DNA of 63,342 nucleotides, filler included, from Circinaria calcarea (taxonomy: Eukaryota): NCBI GenBank assembly GCA_051942165.1. It is 39 parts of 39 records of this genome, joined end to end, with 100 filler letters (N's around TTAATTAATTAA, not from the genome) between each part and the next. Parts side by side here need not be neighbours in the genome. Positions count along the whole stretch, not along the records: positions 1 to 1,538 come from JAVECS010004562.1; positions 1,639 to 3,176 come from JAVECS010004563.1; positions 3,277 to 4,814 come from JAVECS010004564.1; positions 4,915 to 6,452 come from JAVECS010004565.1; positions 6,553 to 8,087 come from JAVECS010004566.1; positions 8,188 to 9,722 come from JAVECS010004567.1; positions 9,823 to 11,356 come from JAVECS010004568.1; positions 11,457 to 12,990 come from JAVECS010004569.1; 31 more parts are not named here. The stretch is one strand, 5' to 3'. A program made the translations under genes and the position numbers. Positions 1 to 13,090 of the stretch are shown here, one piece after another. Every line of letters begins with the position of its first letter. Position 1 is the stretch's first letter. The notes under the pieces are model-generated. The model did not search any database. It had not been told where the DNA came from and saw nothing but the letters and a program-made list of their open reading frames with translations.

Positions 1-540
1 TTCTAGAAGAGTTATTATATCTATATATATTCCTTGAATAATATATATAAATAAAAACAAAGGGGTTAAAATACCGAAAGGCTAAAATAAAACTAAAAAA
101 GAGTTTTATTTTAGATTATTAGAAAAGACTGATTGAACGTCAATAAAAGTATTATTTCTTAAACGAGAAACGCATTTTTATTGATTAATAAATAATATTT
201 AATATTCTTGAAAGTCACGGGCCCTGAACGTTAATTATAAGATTATTGCTCAAAGGAAAACGCCCTGCTTTTAATTAATAAATAAGAATTTCGACGAATA
301 TCTCGAGAAGAGATATCCTTAAACAAATATCAGATCTTATCTGATTCTGAAAGGGATAAAATGGATATGATGGATTCTGCGGATATAAGGCTGAATGTTG
401 TTTGAAGAAATAAGCCTTTCACGCCGCAAAAAAGGATTAAACGTAAAGCCTTAAGCCCTGCCTTTAAAACCCTTGCCCCGGTAAAATCCGTGTTTTCTTA
501 TCTCGTTTAAGCATAAAAGGCTATAGTTTCGGCTATAAAA

Positions 541-1538
541 ATGAAAAAGGAGGAGCGGATGGAAGATTATCTTAAGGATAATGATATTCAGCTTTTAAAG
601 CAGGATTTAGACTATATCCTGAAAGGGCGCAGTATTAACGACATAACTATCACTGGTCCCTCTGAAGAAGAAAGAACCCTGGGTCAGGACAAAATCGAAC
701 AATTGGAAAATAATATGGAGAGCAAATTCGATCATATTATGTCAATTCTAGAGGATTTATCCTCTAAATCGAATTATCAGCGTAAAGAAACTCTGGATCA
801 ATCGCCCTCAATTCGCCCTATTAAGCTATCTTACGCGCAAGCCGCTACTAGCTTAATAAAGCCCTCAGATACTGTTCGAAAAATATTCCCTACCGCCCCT
901 ATCAGGAAACCGGCGCAGAAAGAGCAGAACGAGCAGGTTGACTACAAAGCCCGTAGATTAATCCTACAAAATTCGAAACAAGAAGACTCATCCTTTAATC
1001 CAAAGGAAATTCGTGATCAGATTAATGAACGCTTTCACAAAGAGAATAATAATAATAAACCGGTAATTGCAACAGTTTCTAAGTCGCAAATGGGCCAGAA
1101 TATTATTCTCACCACTACAGCGGACTTTAATGCAGCTTATCTTCAAGAAAAGGAGCAAATTTGGAAATCTTTATTCAAATACTCTAATTCTGTTAAGGAT
1201 AAAAGCTGGTATAAGGTTATTATTCACGGAATTTCAACAGAGATCTTCAATTGCGAGGAAGGAATAAAATTATTAAAAGAGGAGATCACCACTTTTAATA
1301 ATGGACTTTTCCCTATTAAGAACCCAAAATGATTATCCTCAAAAATCAATCGGGATAACAAAAAATATGGATCGATACTGGTAGCCTTTGAATCAGAGAA
1401 AGAAGCTGAAATAGTTATTCGAAATCGATTGCAAATAGCGGGTTGTTCAATGAGAGTTTCTAAATTCATTGAAAATAGCCCGTTGAATCAGTGCCTAAAA
1501 TGCCAGAAATTAGGGCATCTAGAGAGGCAATGCTTAAG
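541..1538 (+). mobile_element. Non-LTR retrotransposon (Tad1-like LINE) ORF1/gag-like protein, interrupted by one in-frame stop, 3' truncated
   Basis: ORF 541-1332 (W-x-K-V-I-I-H-G-I motif) continues in frame past TGA 1330-1332 (P-K-*-L, where Trp is expected) to a CX2CX4HX4C zinc knuckle, QCLKCQKLGHLERQC. The region is AT-rich. Confidence 0.85.
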
Positions 1539-1638
1539 NNNNNNNNNNNNNNNNNNNNNNNNNNNNNNNNNNNNNNNNNNNNTTAATTAATTAANNNNNN
1601 NNNNNNNNNNNNNNNNNNNNNNNNNNNNNNNNNNNNNN
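1539..1638. other. Artificial contig linker N44-TTAATTAATTAA-N44 (first of 38 copies, about every 1.6 kb; last at 61726-61825)
   Basis: Identical 100-nt spacer with a six-frame stop/PacI core. The contigs between spacers shrink steadily from 1538 to 1517 bp. Confidence 0.99.
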
Positions 1639-2300
1639 CCCCCTCACCTCCCCATCCGTCAACAAACTCGGTCTCACGGCCGTGAGACCCGCCAACGCTC
1701 CCTTGGCAACCGCGTCAAACAGCAAGTCCTCATAGACCCGTTTATCCGCATGCGGCACATGCCCCAGGATCTTGTACAGCGGCCAGCACAGTACCGGCAC
1801 ATCCCTCGGGCCCTGACTGACGCCCGTCGTGGAGATCGCAGTCATGTACGGTGGACTCGCCGGGTTTAAGGTGGCGAGAGCGGACAGGATGGCGGAAGCG
1901 GCGGAGGCGCAGATGGTGGTGTCAGGGGTCCAGGAGAAGGGGTTCATGCCGATGCCGGAGATGATCATGTCGACGGGATGGTTGTTGGGAGCGCGGGTGG
2001 CGAGGACGGCAGGGGGAGAGCGGATGTCTCCTTGAGTGATGTGAAGGTTTGTGGAGAGGGTGGAGGAGGATACACCGCGGGAGAGGAGGAGAGAGGTGAG
2101 TTTGGAGGGGGTACGTGCTACTGTGGGTAGGTTAGATCTTGGATGGTAGGAAGATACGGAAGGTATAAGATGTGTATCGTACGGGCCGAGCAGTGGTAGC
2201 CGTCTTTTAGGGCTAGAGCTAACGAGGCATTGCAGCAGCCGCCAGTTGCGCCGAAGAAGGCGATGGTGGGTTTGGTATCTTTTCTTTCGGATGTAGACAT
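1639..2300 (-). CDS. NAD(P)-binding Rossmann-fold oxidoreductase (flavin reductase/AflX-like), 3' partial; exons 2300-2183 and 2120-1639
   Basis: MSTSERKDTKPTIAFFGATGGC...ALARTPSKL...QGD...ISTTG...PHADK...VRPSLLTDG. Intron GTACGA..CTAAC..CAG at 2182-2121. Confidence 0.88.
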
Positions 2301-3536
2301 TGTATGTTTGGAGAAGGGTGAGGGCTGGTGATAGAATGAGTAGGATAGTAGGAAGAAATGGGTGTGAGATCTGTGAATAGAAGAGCAAGGATCTGTCTCG
2401 AGGTATATGTCTTGACCCTCGGTTGTGATAGTAAAGTAGTAAAAGTAGAGAAATTCGGAAACCCTCCTTGACAAGATTATTGCCCAATACTTCCTGAAGA
2501 GCGGGCAACATTATATACATCTTCCAACAAGCTGAACAACAAGAACTTCTCAAACTCAACCTACGCGCGTTCAGACCCATGATTCAATCCTCCGCGAAAC
2601 AGAGCCTACCTTGGCTATTCAATCGGCACAACATAGCACTCGAAAAAGGTCAATGGCTACTAGGCTACAGCCATCGGTGCCGCGGTAGGGCCGCGTAAGA
2701 CCCATCTAATTCCTTATGGCTAATCTCCCCTATGACAGGTGTCAGGAAGCGGTGATGAAAGTCATACTGGACACATCTTCTGCCGTTACTGCTGTGCGGT
2801 TGATATGGATGAATATCGTCCGAGAGTTCGGGGGAACTCAAAGCGCAGCCCCTGTCGTCGATCGTAGAAGCTTAGCCTAATATAGACTAGCCTAAAGTTC
2901 ACGGAGAGAATATCAGGCCGAGCGGCCGACTTTTCCCATTGGAAGCCACCGAGGCGAGTGACTCAACTTCTGTCCCGACTGATGGAGAAAAAATAACATT
3001 GTTGCAGCAGACGTCGGTCGACGCGTGTAGTGTTAAGAAGACTTGGTTGGGAAAAGTATCAAATATCATTGGTCTTAGAGTACTCTTCATCGAATATCTT
3101 TGTTAGTGTAGAGGCGTCTCAATCGCAGGCACAGTCTTCATCTTATTTAATTCGAGGGTATCCTGCACTTCCTCATNNNNNNNNNNNNNNNNNNNNNNNN
3201 NNNNNNNNNNNNNNNNNNNNTTAATTAATTAANNNNNNNNNNNNNNNNNNNNNNNNNNNNNNNNNNNNNNNNNNNNGAGGAGGATAGGATTAGGTAGGGG
3301 GGATTCATGGGGAGATGAGAAAGAGAGAGAGAGTGACGTAAAATTCCTTTCTTTTCCCAAGGAGGTGTTTGAGTTGGATGTTTGGAATATCCTCAAGGAA
3401 AGAGGGGCTTAGGGATCATGTACAAACAAGTCCAGTCAAAGACAGTTTCAAGTAAAACTACCTATGCACAAAACCGGAATCACTTAGTTTCTTCCCCTCC
3501 TACTTAACCCCTTCTCTTTCACAGCCTCACCCATGT

Positions 3537-4814
3537 TCAACTCCCCTTTTCCCCCGACGACGATAACAACAACAACCACAACCCCTCATGCGTAACCTGG
3601 AACTGCCTTACTACCCCCACCGCCGCCACGGCCGCCGACGCCAGCACAAACACGTGCAGCAGGTTATGGCTATTGCCCAGCAGATCCAACTTGCCCCTGT
3701 AGAACCTCTCGGGAAACTAATCAGTCGCAAAATTAGTCCTATTAGTCCACTTCTTCACACATACATAAACAAAGAGAAACAATCCCCAACGGGCCCAAAA
3801 GGAGTGATGAAAAACAGGAAAGATATACCCAAGAATAGAAAGAGAGAGACTTACCCTAGCGCAATAACATGCCGCCGCGCAGAGATTCAGAATCATGACG
3901 ACAAAGTTGTAGCCCAAACTGCCTTGGCGGAGCTGGCGTGTCCAGCCATTGACGATGATTCCGCAGATGGCGGCGGCTGGGTAGGAAAGGCCGAGGAGGG
4001 AATAGGCAATTACGCGGCCGATGCGAGCCGAAGGAGCGGAAGGGAAGGTGGTGAGGGCGGAGAGGAAGGCGAGAGCGGAAGCCTTTTTGTGGTAAAGGAA
4101 AAGGGTTTGTTAGAGGATTGGTTGGTTTTCTTGGTGGGGGTGGTTTTGGGGGGAGGGCTTACTACTAGCCACCATGACCACTGGAAGTTGGAGTTGGCGT
4201 AGAAACTGTAGTAGATGTAGACGACGATGGAACTCCACATTAAGAGCACGATGCCGAGGTAGTCGAGTTGGGCGCCGAAGTTGGACACACGCTCACTGTG
4301 ATTGAGGACGATATGGAACCTGGGGGTTTTTGGTTAGGTGATTTTGAGCAGACTGTGAGAGAAAATGGGATTACCATGTGGAGAGAAGGAAACAAACAGA
4401 GACACCGAGGGCGAAGAGAGTGAAGAGGAGGATATCGGCTGGAGCAGCAGTCGGGTAATGGCGATATTGGGCAAAATAAAAGTACAAGGGTAAGGCTGCA
4501 AAGACGATGGCTCCGAGGAGGTGGGAATATATGTTTACTGGTTTTCGGATGCTTAGCTTTCTGTTGAACGGATAGGAGGGGCTCTTCAAGTGTACTGACC
4601 AGTCTCGTTATGAATGTACAAGAGGCTGTTCAAGGACTTGTACACGCCATTCGAGGCAGGTCTACAAGAGGTCAGAAGTAATGCATCCATGGTGGGTCTT
4701 GACATACCGGTATCCAGACACAATATACTCGTTGCCTCTACACAACTGTCAACTGGGTCCATCCCGGTATTAGGGCCCAGTCGGGTCCCCATTACCTCTG
4801 CCAAATCGCTAAAA
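3537..4814 (-). CDS. PAQR/haemolysin-III family membrane receptor (IZH/adiponectin receptor-like), multi-exon, 5' partial
   Basis: Motifs across exons: YIHNET-VNIYSHLLG, S-x-x-FHIVLNHS, LDYLGIVLL, FPERF..GKLDLLGNSHNLLHVFV. Stop TGA at 3539-3537. Confidence 0.88.
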
Positions 4815-4914
4815 NNNNNNNNNNNNNNNNNNNNNNNNNNNNNNNNNNNNNNNNNNNNTTAATTAATTAANNNNNNNNNNNNNNNNNNNNNNNNNNNNNN
4901 NNNNNNNNNNNNNN

Positions 4915-5205
4915 AATTGCGGGCAAGTTGGACGAAGTAGATTCCCTCTCAGTCTTTCCCTTGATAACTAAGGTGTGGGCATCGACAAACTCAATCTGAA
5001 CATCCTTCTGGTCGATGCCCGGAAGCTCGCCCTCAAGCTTGTATACATCCTTTTCTTCGCGGACGTCAAAGCGTGGCTGGAAAGCGCGAATGGAAGAGGT
5101 TGGGAAGCTACCCTTAGGAGCCGACGAGCGATGGACATCATAATCGTCGAGCAAACGGAAGAGGGAGGTGAAGTCGGTCCCTGGTAGACGAGCGAAGGAA
5201 GACAT
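4915..5205 (-). CDS. Small heat shock protein (Hsp20/Hsp30 family), 3' partial
   Basis: MSSFARLPGTDFTSLFRLLDDYD...FQPRFDVRE..Y.LEGELPGIDQKDVQIEFVDAHTLVIKG. Confidence 0.95.
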
Positions 5206-5365
5206 TGTACGTAGTACACGTGAGACTTGGAAAGGAACAGAAGGTTTGGTGATTCTGTAAAGTTGAGGTAGTTTGGTAATGATTCTGTACGATTGCATGT
5301 ACTTGGTAGAAGGTTTGAGTTTGTTGTGATGAAATGAGAGTGAGGAGAGGGTGCTGGGCGAAAAA

Positions 5366-5540
5366 TTTATACCCCACACAAAACACTTCTAGAAAGTGCT
5401 GGTCGGTACGCGAAGGTAGCTTGCGTAGCTATGATGTAAGTTATATTTCCGGCAGAGTCCTCGTCATTAGGGCTTTGGGCCCTAGCATATTCCATGCGGT
5501 ATGGCAGGTTCTACAACTTTCCCCGCGTTTCGAGAATCTC
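5366..5540 (-). promoter_or_regulatory. Hsp20 promoter: TATA box and heat-shock-element cores
   Basis: TATAAA on the minus strand at 5371-5366. TTCnnGAA cores at 5387-5394 (TTCTAGAA) and 5529-5536 (TTCGAGAA), upstream of the sHSP ATG. Confidence 0.6.
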
Positions 5541-8500
5541 CGATCTAGTGGAACCGGTTGCATCGCCAAAACCTGCCATAGAATACATGACAACAGCCCC
5601 AACGCTAGGAACTTCCTTCAAAGATGTATGGACAGTTGTACAATGAATAAACGCTCATCAACGTTGTGAGCCCATCATAGATACTTAATTCACAGACCAG
5701 TCCATTCTTATAGAGTTTTTAGAATGGTAGTTGGATTTTTTGAACCTTTATTCCCACCGACATGGTTTCCCCCTTTCTACTTTGTTCTGCATTATACTCG
5801 CTTTCAATTGCATGTGAAGCGGAGACTACCTGTTCCATTCGCCTGGTCGAATCAAAGTACTATCCCAATTCACGTGCAGTCAGAAAGTGATGATGATGAA
5901 ATCCCAGAGGCATCCATTTGACCAGTTCATTGGCTCCGGTCGAATCCGCAGAGCCGGAAAAGGACGATAGCTCCCCCCAGGTCTGAGGATGGTCTCCTAT
6001 TCGCCCTTTAGCTACGATGAGCGTGTTCGATCCAGTGAAATAAACCCCTTTGTGGTCCTTGTCGAGTCCACCCCTTCGCTGTCTCCAGAGCTACTGTGGT
6101 CGGATGGGGATTTATTCATAGCTCGGCGCTAGTAGATCAATGCTTAATTTAGTTAAACTCCGGAAAAGCTTTATTATTTACTTCTAGTATTTCGTCTGCA
6201 TACCATTTGAACCAATCAGAATAGGAAATGGATTTAAAATACCTGAAAATTTTTAATAGTCTGAGTAAGGATTCTAGTGACTTTAGCGCCGAGCTATGAA
6301 CAATTTCCCATCCGGCCATAGTAGAGAACAGCTAGCATATGTACAAGCAATTTAACTTAACCTATTCGATACTATGGACGAAGCGCTTGTGGACTCCGTA
6401 ATGAAGACTTCCGACTCAGTCCACCCTTTTCATATGATCGAACACGTCAAACNNNNNNNNNNNNNNNNNNNNNNNNNNNNNNNNNNNNNNNNNNNNTTAA
6501 TTAATTAANNNNNNNNNNNNNNNNNNNNNNNNNNNNNNNNNNNNNNNNNNNNGATACTACCATACAAATTGCATTTAATTCTCCAGTTTTTTGATCCGTG
6601 ATGTCAATGTCTAGAATTACACTCTGAAATTAACAAATGCGCCTCCGTCTACTGCCTGCACTGTCTCCATTGCCATTGTAGCTCCTCCACGACCCCTTCC
6701 GCCCCTTCCACCGCCTGGTATACGTCCTCCGCGACTACCACGACCCATTGCTCTTCCGCCTTGCCCTGGATGTGCTCTCCTGCCCCCCTGTGTCCTCTTG
6801 AAAAAAAAAAAAAAAAAGGAAAAGGGTTAAAATCTAGAGAAATGGTCGGCATCTAGAGCTAAAATGATAGTAGATGACGACTTTTCTCTGATTTTTAACC
6901 GTAAGACAAAGGAAAACTAAGATCCAAACAGAATTCCCGTCGGAATTATGCAGAAAACTGGCAGTACTGCAGATCTTGGAGAGACTGTCGGCCTTCAGGG
7001 TCAGTTTATATGTGGAGGTTAGACTTCTTTCCGGTAATTTGCAGTCACGAATGCGCGAAGGTGAGTTTTTATGGGTTGGATTACAGAGGTAAGTGGAAGC
7101 ATAAGCGTTAATACTATGAAAAAGCGCGCATGGCGCGCCTATCTAAATTTCTAATTTTATTGCCTAATCCCCCCGGGGGGGGGGGGGTGGCAACTATGGT
7201 AATTGGAGTGTGCGTGTAGCTACTAGGGGTGTGCATACAGTGGGACCCGGCTAAAAGCTATCGATTTACTATGTATGGACTTGTGGTCTTTATTTATGAT
7301 AGTCATGCACACCCTGCAGGTTGCCTCACTTGATGCCGAGCAGCAAACGAAGCGAAATGAATAACAAAAGGCTTTTCAAAAGAAATCTGTGGGGATTCGC
7401 TCTGCATAGAACACGTTGATCCTCGGAGCTTTCGGTATGAATCCGGCGTTTTCCCACTAGATTCCAACACATTCAATGGTAATTGCACAGTATAGCAATG
7501 TACAACAGCAGTGATTATTGAATTTAGTTCTGCTAATACATGACACCTCCCATACGCCACTACCGCATCTTCGCACCGTGGCCAGTTCAGTTCAGTTCAG
7601 TTTCCATGCCAATGCCATTCTATCCTCTGATTTCTTCCCCTTCCCCTTCCCCTTCTCCTAGGAGTCTGGACCTTCGGAATCCCCCCGTCCCCGATAAAGC
7701 CCCGTCTTTTTACCCGTTCCTTAGGATCAGGATCCTAGCATAGCATAGCATAGCATAGCGGAGCCCACTTCTATCTATTTCCCTTTTACAGAGATAAGGA
7801 ATTCGCCCATTTCAGGACCCCCCTATCTATCTATCTATCTATCTATTCAGGGGGGCTTTGGAAACGAGAACGAAAAAATTGGGCTTTTTACAATGTTAGG
7901 GGACGGGGCTAGCAGTGAGAAAAAAGAAAAAAGAAAAAAGAAAGAAGCGTACTAATCTATTAGCTGAGGATTTATAGTGAGGAATTTTAAAAATTTAATA
8001 TTCTTAAACCCTAACGCTAGGCCGAATTAAATATACTTTAACTATATAACGAGTAATTTATAGAAATACCACACCTAAAAAGGTCGTNNNNNNNNNNNNN
8101 NNNNNNNNNNNNNNNNNNNNNNNNNNNNNNNTTAATTAATTAANNNNNNNNNNNNNNNNNNNNNNNNNNNNNNNNNNNNNNNNNNNNACCCAACACTATT
8201 CATATGTCGAACTTCCGTGTTCCGCTCCGTGTATCCGCAACTCGTATTCCTGGAAGAAAAATAGACCCTTTTTTACAAAAAAAAAAAAAAAAAGGGGGGG
8301 AATGGGGTATTTTGCGGAAAGAAAAAAAAAACAAGGCAACGGGTGGGGATCCCCAAGGGAGTATTTATTAATGCTTCCCTCCCTCTTCCCCTGAACCAGA
8401 AGAGGAACTTAAATCCAATAAATCCGAAATATAGAAATCCTCCGTTGCTAATCCTAACCTCGAATCTGAAACTGGAAATCTGCCGGATGTTTTTTTCGGC

Positions 8501-8568
8501 GGCGGGAAATTTTTTTTCTTTTCGTTTTTCGTTTCTTCTTAATTTATATTTTCTAAGAGGAAGCCTAT

Positions 8569-8912
8569 TGTAAGAGTGCTAGGATAGGCTAGACTTGTAT
8601 ATGGTAAAGGATAGACTCATTCCGTGGTGCACGATTACCGGAACGTAATATTAATTTATTATTATTCTATATGTGGCTATAAGCATGTTATTCTAAAGAG
8701 CGGGGAATAGCCTGCCTATATAATAGTGTTGCTCCCGTGGCTCCCACTGATCCCCCATGGGAGCACAGGGAGCACCCGGAGCAAATCACGTGTCATGCTC
8801 CTGATGCTCCTGCTGCCAAGACCTGGGAGCACTGGGAGCACTGGGAGCATCCGGCTCCTAGTCCCTCCGTTCCGGCCCTTGGTTAGTCAGGGTATGGCGT
8901 AGCGCCATAATA
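8569..8912 (-). mobile_element. Solo LTR, diverged member of the family at 25536 and 41080 (reverse orientation)
   Basis: On the minus strand it starts TATTATGGCGCTACGCCATACCCTG and ends CTTACA. It shares GCAGGCTATTCCC..GCTCTTTAGAATA.CATGCTTATAG and GGGAGCA-type repeats with the other copies. No clean TSD. Confidence 0.75.
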
Positions 8913-11859
8913 TTATGTTTTAAAAAGAAATAGGAAAGAATTTTAATTTTAAAAACGCCCTAACCGCTCCTCCTCTTTTTTGGTGGGGGGAGGGGGGATA
9001 AAAAAAATTGGATGCGGATGAGAACTCCTCGGCGGAAATTTCAAGGGAGAGGGGGTCACGAGAGGGGGGGGAAAAGGGGAAAAAGAAGAAAAAAAAGAGT
9101 TACCGATTCCTACCGTCGAGGATCACGTGGTGGTAGGTGTATATGGCACTGTAGTAGATGAGATGAGATGAGATGTTGTTCTGTTTTTCGATCGCGGGGG
9201 CGAGGTTCATGGGCGAGATTTATGAAATCATAGGGAAGCACAAGGGGAGCATAGAGAGAGGTGTGATGTTATCGGGCAAAAGGAATTTTTTTTTAAAAAA
9301 TCGCAAAGGGAGCGAGGGGGAAGTGTGGGCAGCATGGAGAGTATGAGGAATAATGGGAAACAAAGCCTCAAAGACCTGTTATCACGAAAGATTGGGGGGG
9401 GGGGGGGAAACAACTGTCATTTCTGTAGGAGATAGATAGATAGGGATCCTCGTGGTCAAAGAACCTAGGGGCAACGACCTTGACGGGTAATCGTACTCGA
9501 TCGTCACCCCACTGCTTTCATACTGCGGTACCGGAAACCCTTGTACCGTATTGAAACAGAGCCTTTCCTGCCTTGTACCCTAGGAAGGCGTTGCCGGGGA
9601 GATTTTTGTGACTAACGGTCAGCTATCGACCGACATTTAGCCCAGCGGACGTAACATGAGGTTAGTTTGTCAGGGATCTTTTGGATGTGATGGTTAGAGA
9701 GTGCAAAGCATGCAGGAAATGGNNNNNNNNNNNNNNNNNNNNNNNNNNNNNNNNNNNNNNNNNNNNTTAATTAATTAANNNNNNNNNNNNNNNNNNNNNN
9801 NNNNNNNNNNNNNNNNNNNNNNCACTAGTGGACGGAGAACGGAATTAGAGCTGGAGGATCGGGGCAGGAGAGAGGCGGAGCTGGAGGGCAGTCAGCGGGT
9901 GCAGGTGGAGTTGGCAGCGGGGAGGGGCCGGCAGAGGATGGGTGGGGAATTGGAGGCAGAGGTGGTGCCCAGGATCGTAAGGGTACAGACGGATGGCTGG
10001 CCAGGGGGTTTATGATCTGAATTGATCTCTGGGGGCCAAGGGAGATCCTGGGAGTTTGGTCGAATCGATGGAGGCATTTTGCATTAGCGGGCGTTTGATT
10101 CCTTGTGTGCCCGGATTCCAGGGTCCTGGGCTCTTTTCTTCCCGCCCCTTTTTTTCCCCTTCTTCTCGGCAAATAGGATAGTATATACCCCCTCCTTAAA
10201 GGTCTCTTTCTTTATAGGTCGCTACCATAATTGGAAAAAGAATTTTTGGATTTATCTCATTCTATTTTCGGGGAGGTTTCCTTTCCTCGCTCTCTATCTA
10301 TTTAACCTTGGTATAGGATGGGAGGGGGATGGGATAATTAGAGGGTAAAAAGGGGGGTAATAATCGATCGAGAGAGAGAGAGCCTGTTATTATGCAGTTG
10401 CTGTTTCATCATGCTAACGAATCAAAGAAAGGTCTCTTTTCTTTTATTTCACAATTCGATAAATATCAGACTATCAAACTATCAAGTCATCATCCCCCCC
10501 TCCCCTCCCCACTCTCGAAAATTTATGATACCACGAAGATATAAACCAAGAACTCGTACCCTAACCGAACCGAATCGAGTCGAATCGAGTCGAGTTTCGA
10601 CGAGAAAAAAAACCAAGCTTCCGAATTCCGAAAAAACTTGCCGCCCGAGGAAATAAAATCTTGTTATTTTGGTTTGGTGCTTCTCGAAGGCTGAATGAAG
10701 CCTTTGAAAATATCAATGGGGTGGTATAATTTTACATTTTGGTCGCCAGGCGATACCTGGTAACAGAATGTTTAGCCGTTGGTCCTCTGGCAATAAATCA
10801 GAGGACAGTTTGATGATTTTCATGTAGGGGAATATATACCATCGGAGGAATGCTTCTCCATGATTATACCTTTGAATTGAATTGTATGGGTAAGTGTTTA
10901 CTACACGACCTATTGGTGGAACCACTATTGCATGGAAGGTTATTACACTAGCGACGCTCTGCTGGCAGAGATATAATCTGCCACTATTACGCTAAGCCCC
11001 ATTGGGTGCTGTGACTATAGTCATAGCAGTTAGCTATGAGGAATGCACCGGATCAACTCTTTTTGTGAAAAAAGAATTTATTTATACGGCCTTTTGTTGA
11101 GCATACCGGAGTTGGTTGAAACCCGTGCGCTAAGATTTGTTATACCTTGCGACCACAGTACACTGCCCATTCCCGTGTTTATGATGCAGTTCAACGAATA
11201 TCCACAACGGAACCAAATTTCCAACAGGTATATGACCCTGGCTGCGTGCCCAGAACCGCATCGGAGCCCATCTACAGCTTACTTCTCCTAGTCTCCATCT
11301 CCCTTCCCCATCTTTACTTCAACCTCACCCAGGCCACCTAATCCTACAGCTTACTCNNNNNNNNNNNNNNNNNNNNNNNNNNNNNNNNNNNNNNNNNNNN
11401 TTAATTAATTAANNNNNNNNNNNNNNNNNNNNNNNNNNNNNNNNNNNNNNNNNNNNGGGGAAGGGGGGGGGCGGATTTCTCAGAAACTGCTTGCAGGTTA
11501 GTAATAGACTGTCCTGTTCTTCGCCTTGTTCTTCTCATTGCCTTTCAGTTCAGTTCATGGCCCCTACCGCATCGCCCTGGTGAGTGTTCTTGATTCCCGA
11601 TTCCCTAGACAGAAGTACAGATTTCCGTACTTTAAAATTTACTAATCCACCCTCCCCCCCCTGCTTTTCTCCTCCTCTCACTCTCATCCCTTCAGATTCT
11701 AAACCCGTCCATGTACCGGGGGAACACAGGAAACTATACCAACTAACCAGCCAACTATCCAATCAACCAATCAACCAATCAACCAACCGAATTTGTGAAC
11801 CTTAGGTATATTAGGTACCCTAACTGCCTCTATCCCCCACCGCCGGCCCGCCCCCCTAG

Positions 11860-11991
11860 CCCTTTCCTTTCCTTTCCTTTCCTTTCCTTTCCTTTCCTTT
11901 CCTTTCCTTTCCTTTCCTTTCCTTTCCTTTCCTTTCCTTTCCTTTCCTTTCCTCTCCTTTCCTTCCCTTCCCTTCCCTTTCCTTTCCTTTC
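11860..11991 (+). repeat. (CCTTT)n pentanucleotide microsatellite
   Basis: Long, near-perfect CCTTT array. Confidence 0.95.
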
Positions 11992-12878
11992 ACCAAGCCC
12001 AATAAACCAGGGGGAAAAAACAGATTTGTGCGAGATCGAGAACGAGAAACGAAAAGTCGAGAATGGTGAAAGAAACCTTGGGAAATAGACTTTTGGGGAG
12101 AAAACCTCCGCGAAGACGGGGGAAAAAAGAAAAGGGACAGAGGTGGAGGAAGTTCCTCTCAGGGAATGGACATACCGATCCGCAAGAGTAATGGGGACGT
12201 CAAGATCCCTTTTTTTTGTACTTTTTTAGGGAAAACCAAAAAAAGGGGAGGAGGGCGGGGAGGGAGAGAGAATTGTGGGGTTTTTCTCTGTGGGAAAGGA
12301 AAGGAAAGGAAAGGAAGGTAGTTTGGCGGGCGTGCGATTGCTATAAAATCGAGGCTGAACGTGGGCCTTCCCGGGAAAATACCTAGTATAAAGTCCGCAC
12401 TACCCGAAAAGGGAAAAAACAGCGCCGAGGCCGAAGGGTTTCTTAATTATACCCCCTGTCCCTTGTCCCTCCTTCCACAGGTTTCCATTTCTCATCCTGT
12501 GCATATGAACTAGGATAGTAGTGACATCTATCCCGAGCCGGCAAAAGGACATGTTTCATTTGGATACCAAGAGCATTCTGGAGCATTATTTGTTCCTTCG
12601 ATCAAAGCCGAGAGCGGACGAAGCTGATAAGAAAGGCGCAATGGGTATGAATCTATGTGCGGCTTTTCCCAATCTACGTATTAGAGGGAAATATTAACAT
12701 ATGTCCGGTTTCTATCTGCCAGAGAAAAGTGTGCTAATGCCGCAAATCAAATCCCATCTCGCTCATCTCGCAGGAAAATTTCAAGGCACCGGGACAATGC
12801 AACGCCCCAGGTATCTCTGCACACACATTGCCGCAAGAATCATGTCTCAATCACAAGCCCTGTGCTGAACCAGTCTGG

Positions 12879-12989
12879 TTAGTCGAGGCCTTCCACAGGT
12901 AGACTCTGCAGTCCGGTCTTCCGCTTCAGGATCATCATCTCCAGAGTAATTCCGGGACCAAACGCGGCAGCAACAACGTTTTCCCGGAC
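12879..12989 (-). CDS. Type III polyketide synthase (chalcone synthase-like), C-terminal fragment
   Basis: Manual translation gives VRENVVAAAFGPGITLEMMILKRKTGLQSLPVEGLD*, which contains the (G/A)FGPG-x-T-x-E signature. Not in the ORF track. Confidence 0.8.
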   Translation of the reverse strand, partial: VRENVVAAAFGPGITLEMMILKRKTGLQSLPVEGLD

Positions 12990-13090
12990 CNNNNNNNNNN
13001 NNNNNNNNNNNNNNNNNNNNNNNNNNNNNNNNNNTTAATTAATTAANNNNNNNNNNNNNNNNNNNNNNNNNNNNNNNNNNNNNNNNNNNN

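Noticed and set aside
1591..2580. 329-aa ORF as a single-exon protein
   Set aside because: It reads through the 5' UTR and an intron. The real start is 2300 in another frame.
11795..12088. FLSFP repeat ORF
   Set aside because: Translation of (CCTTT)n.
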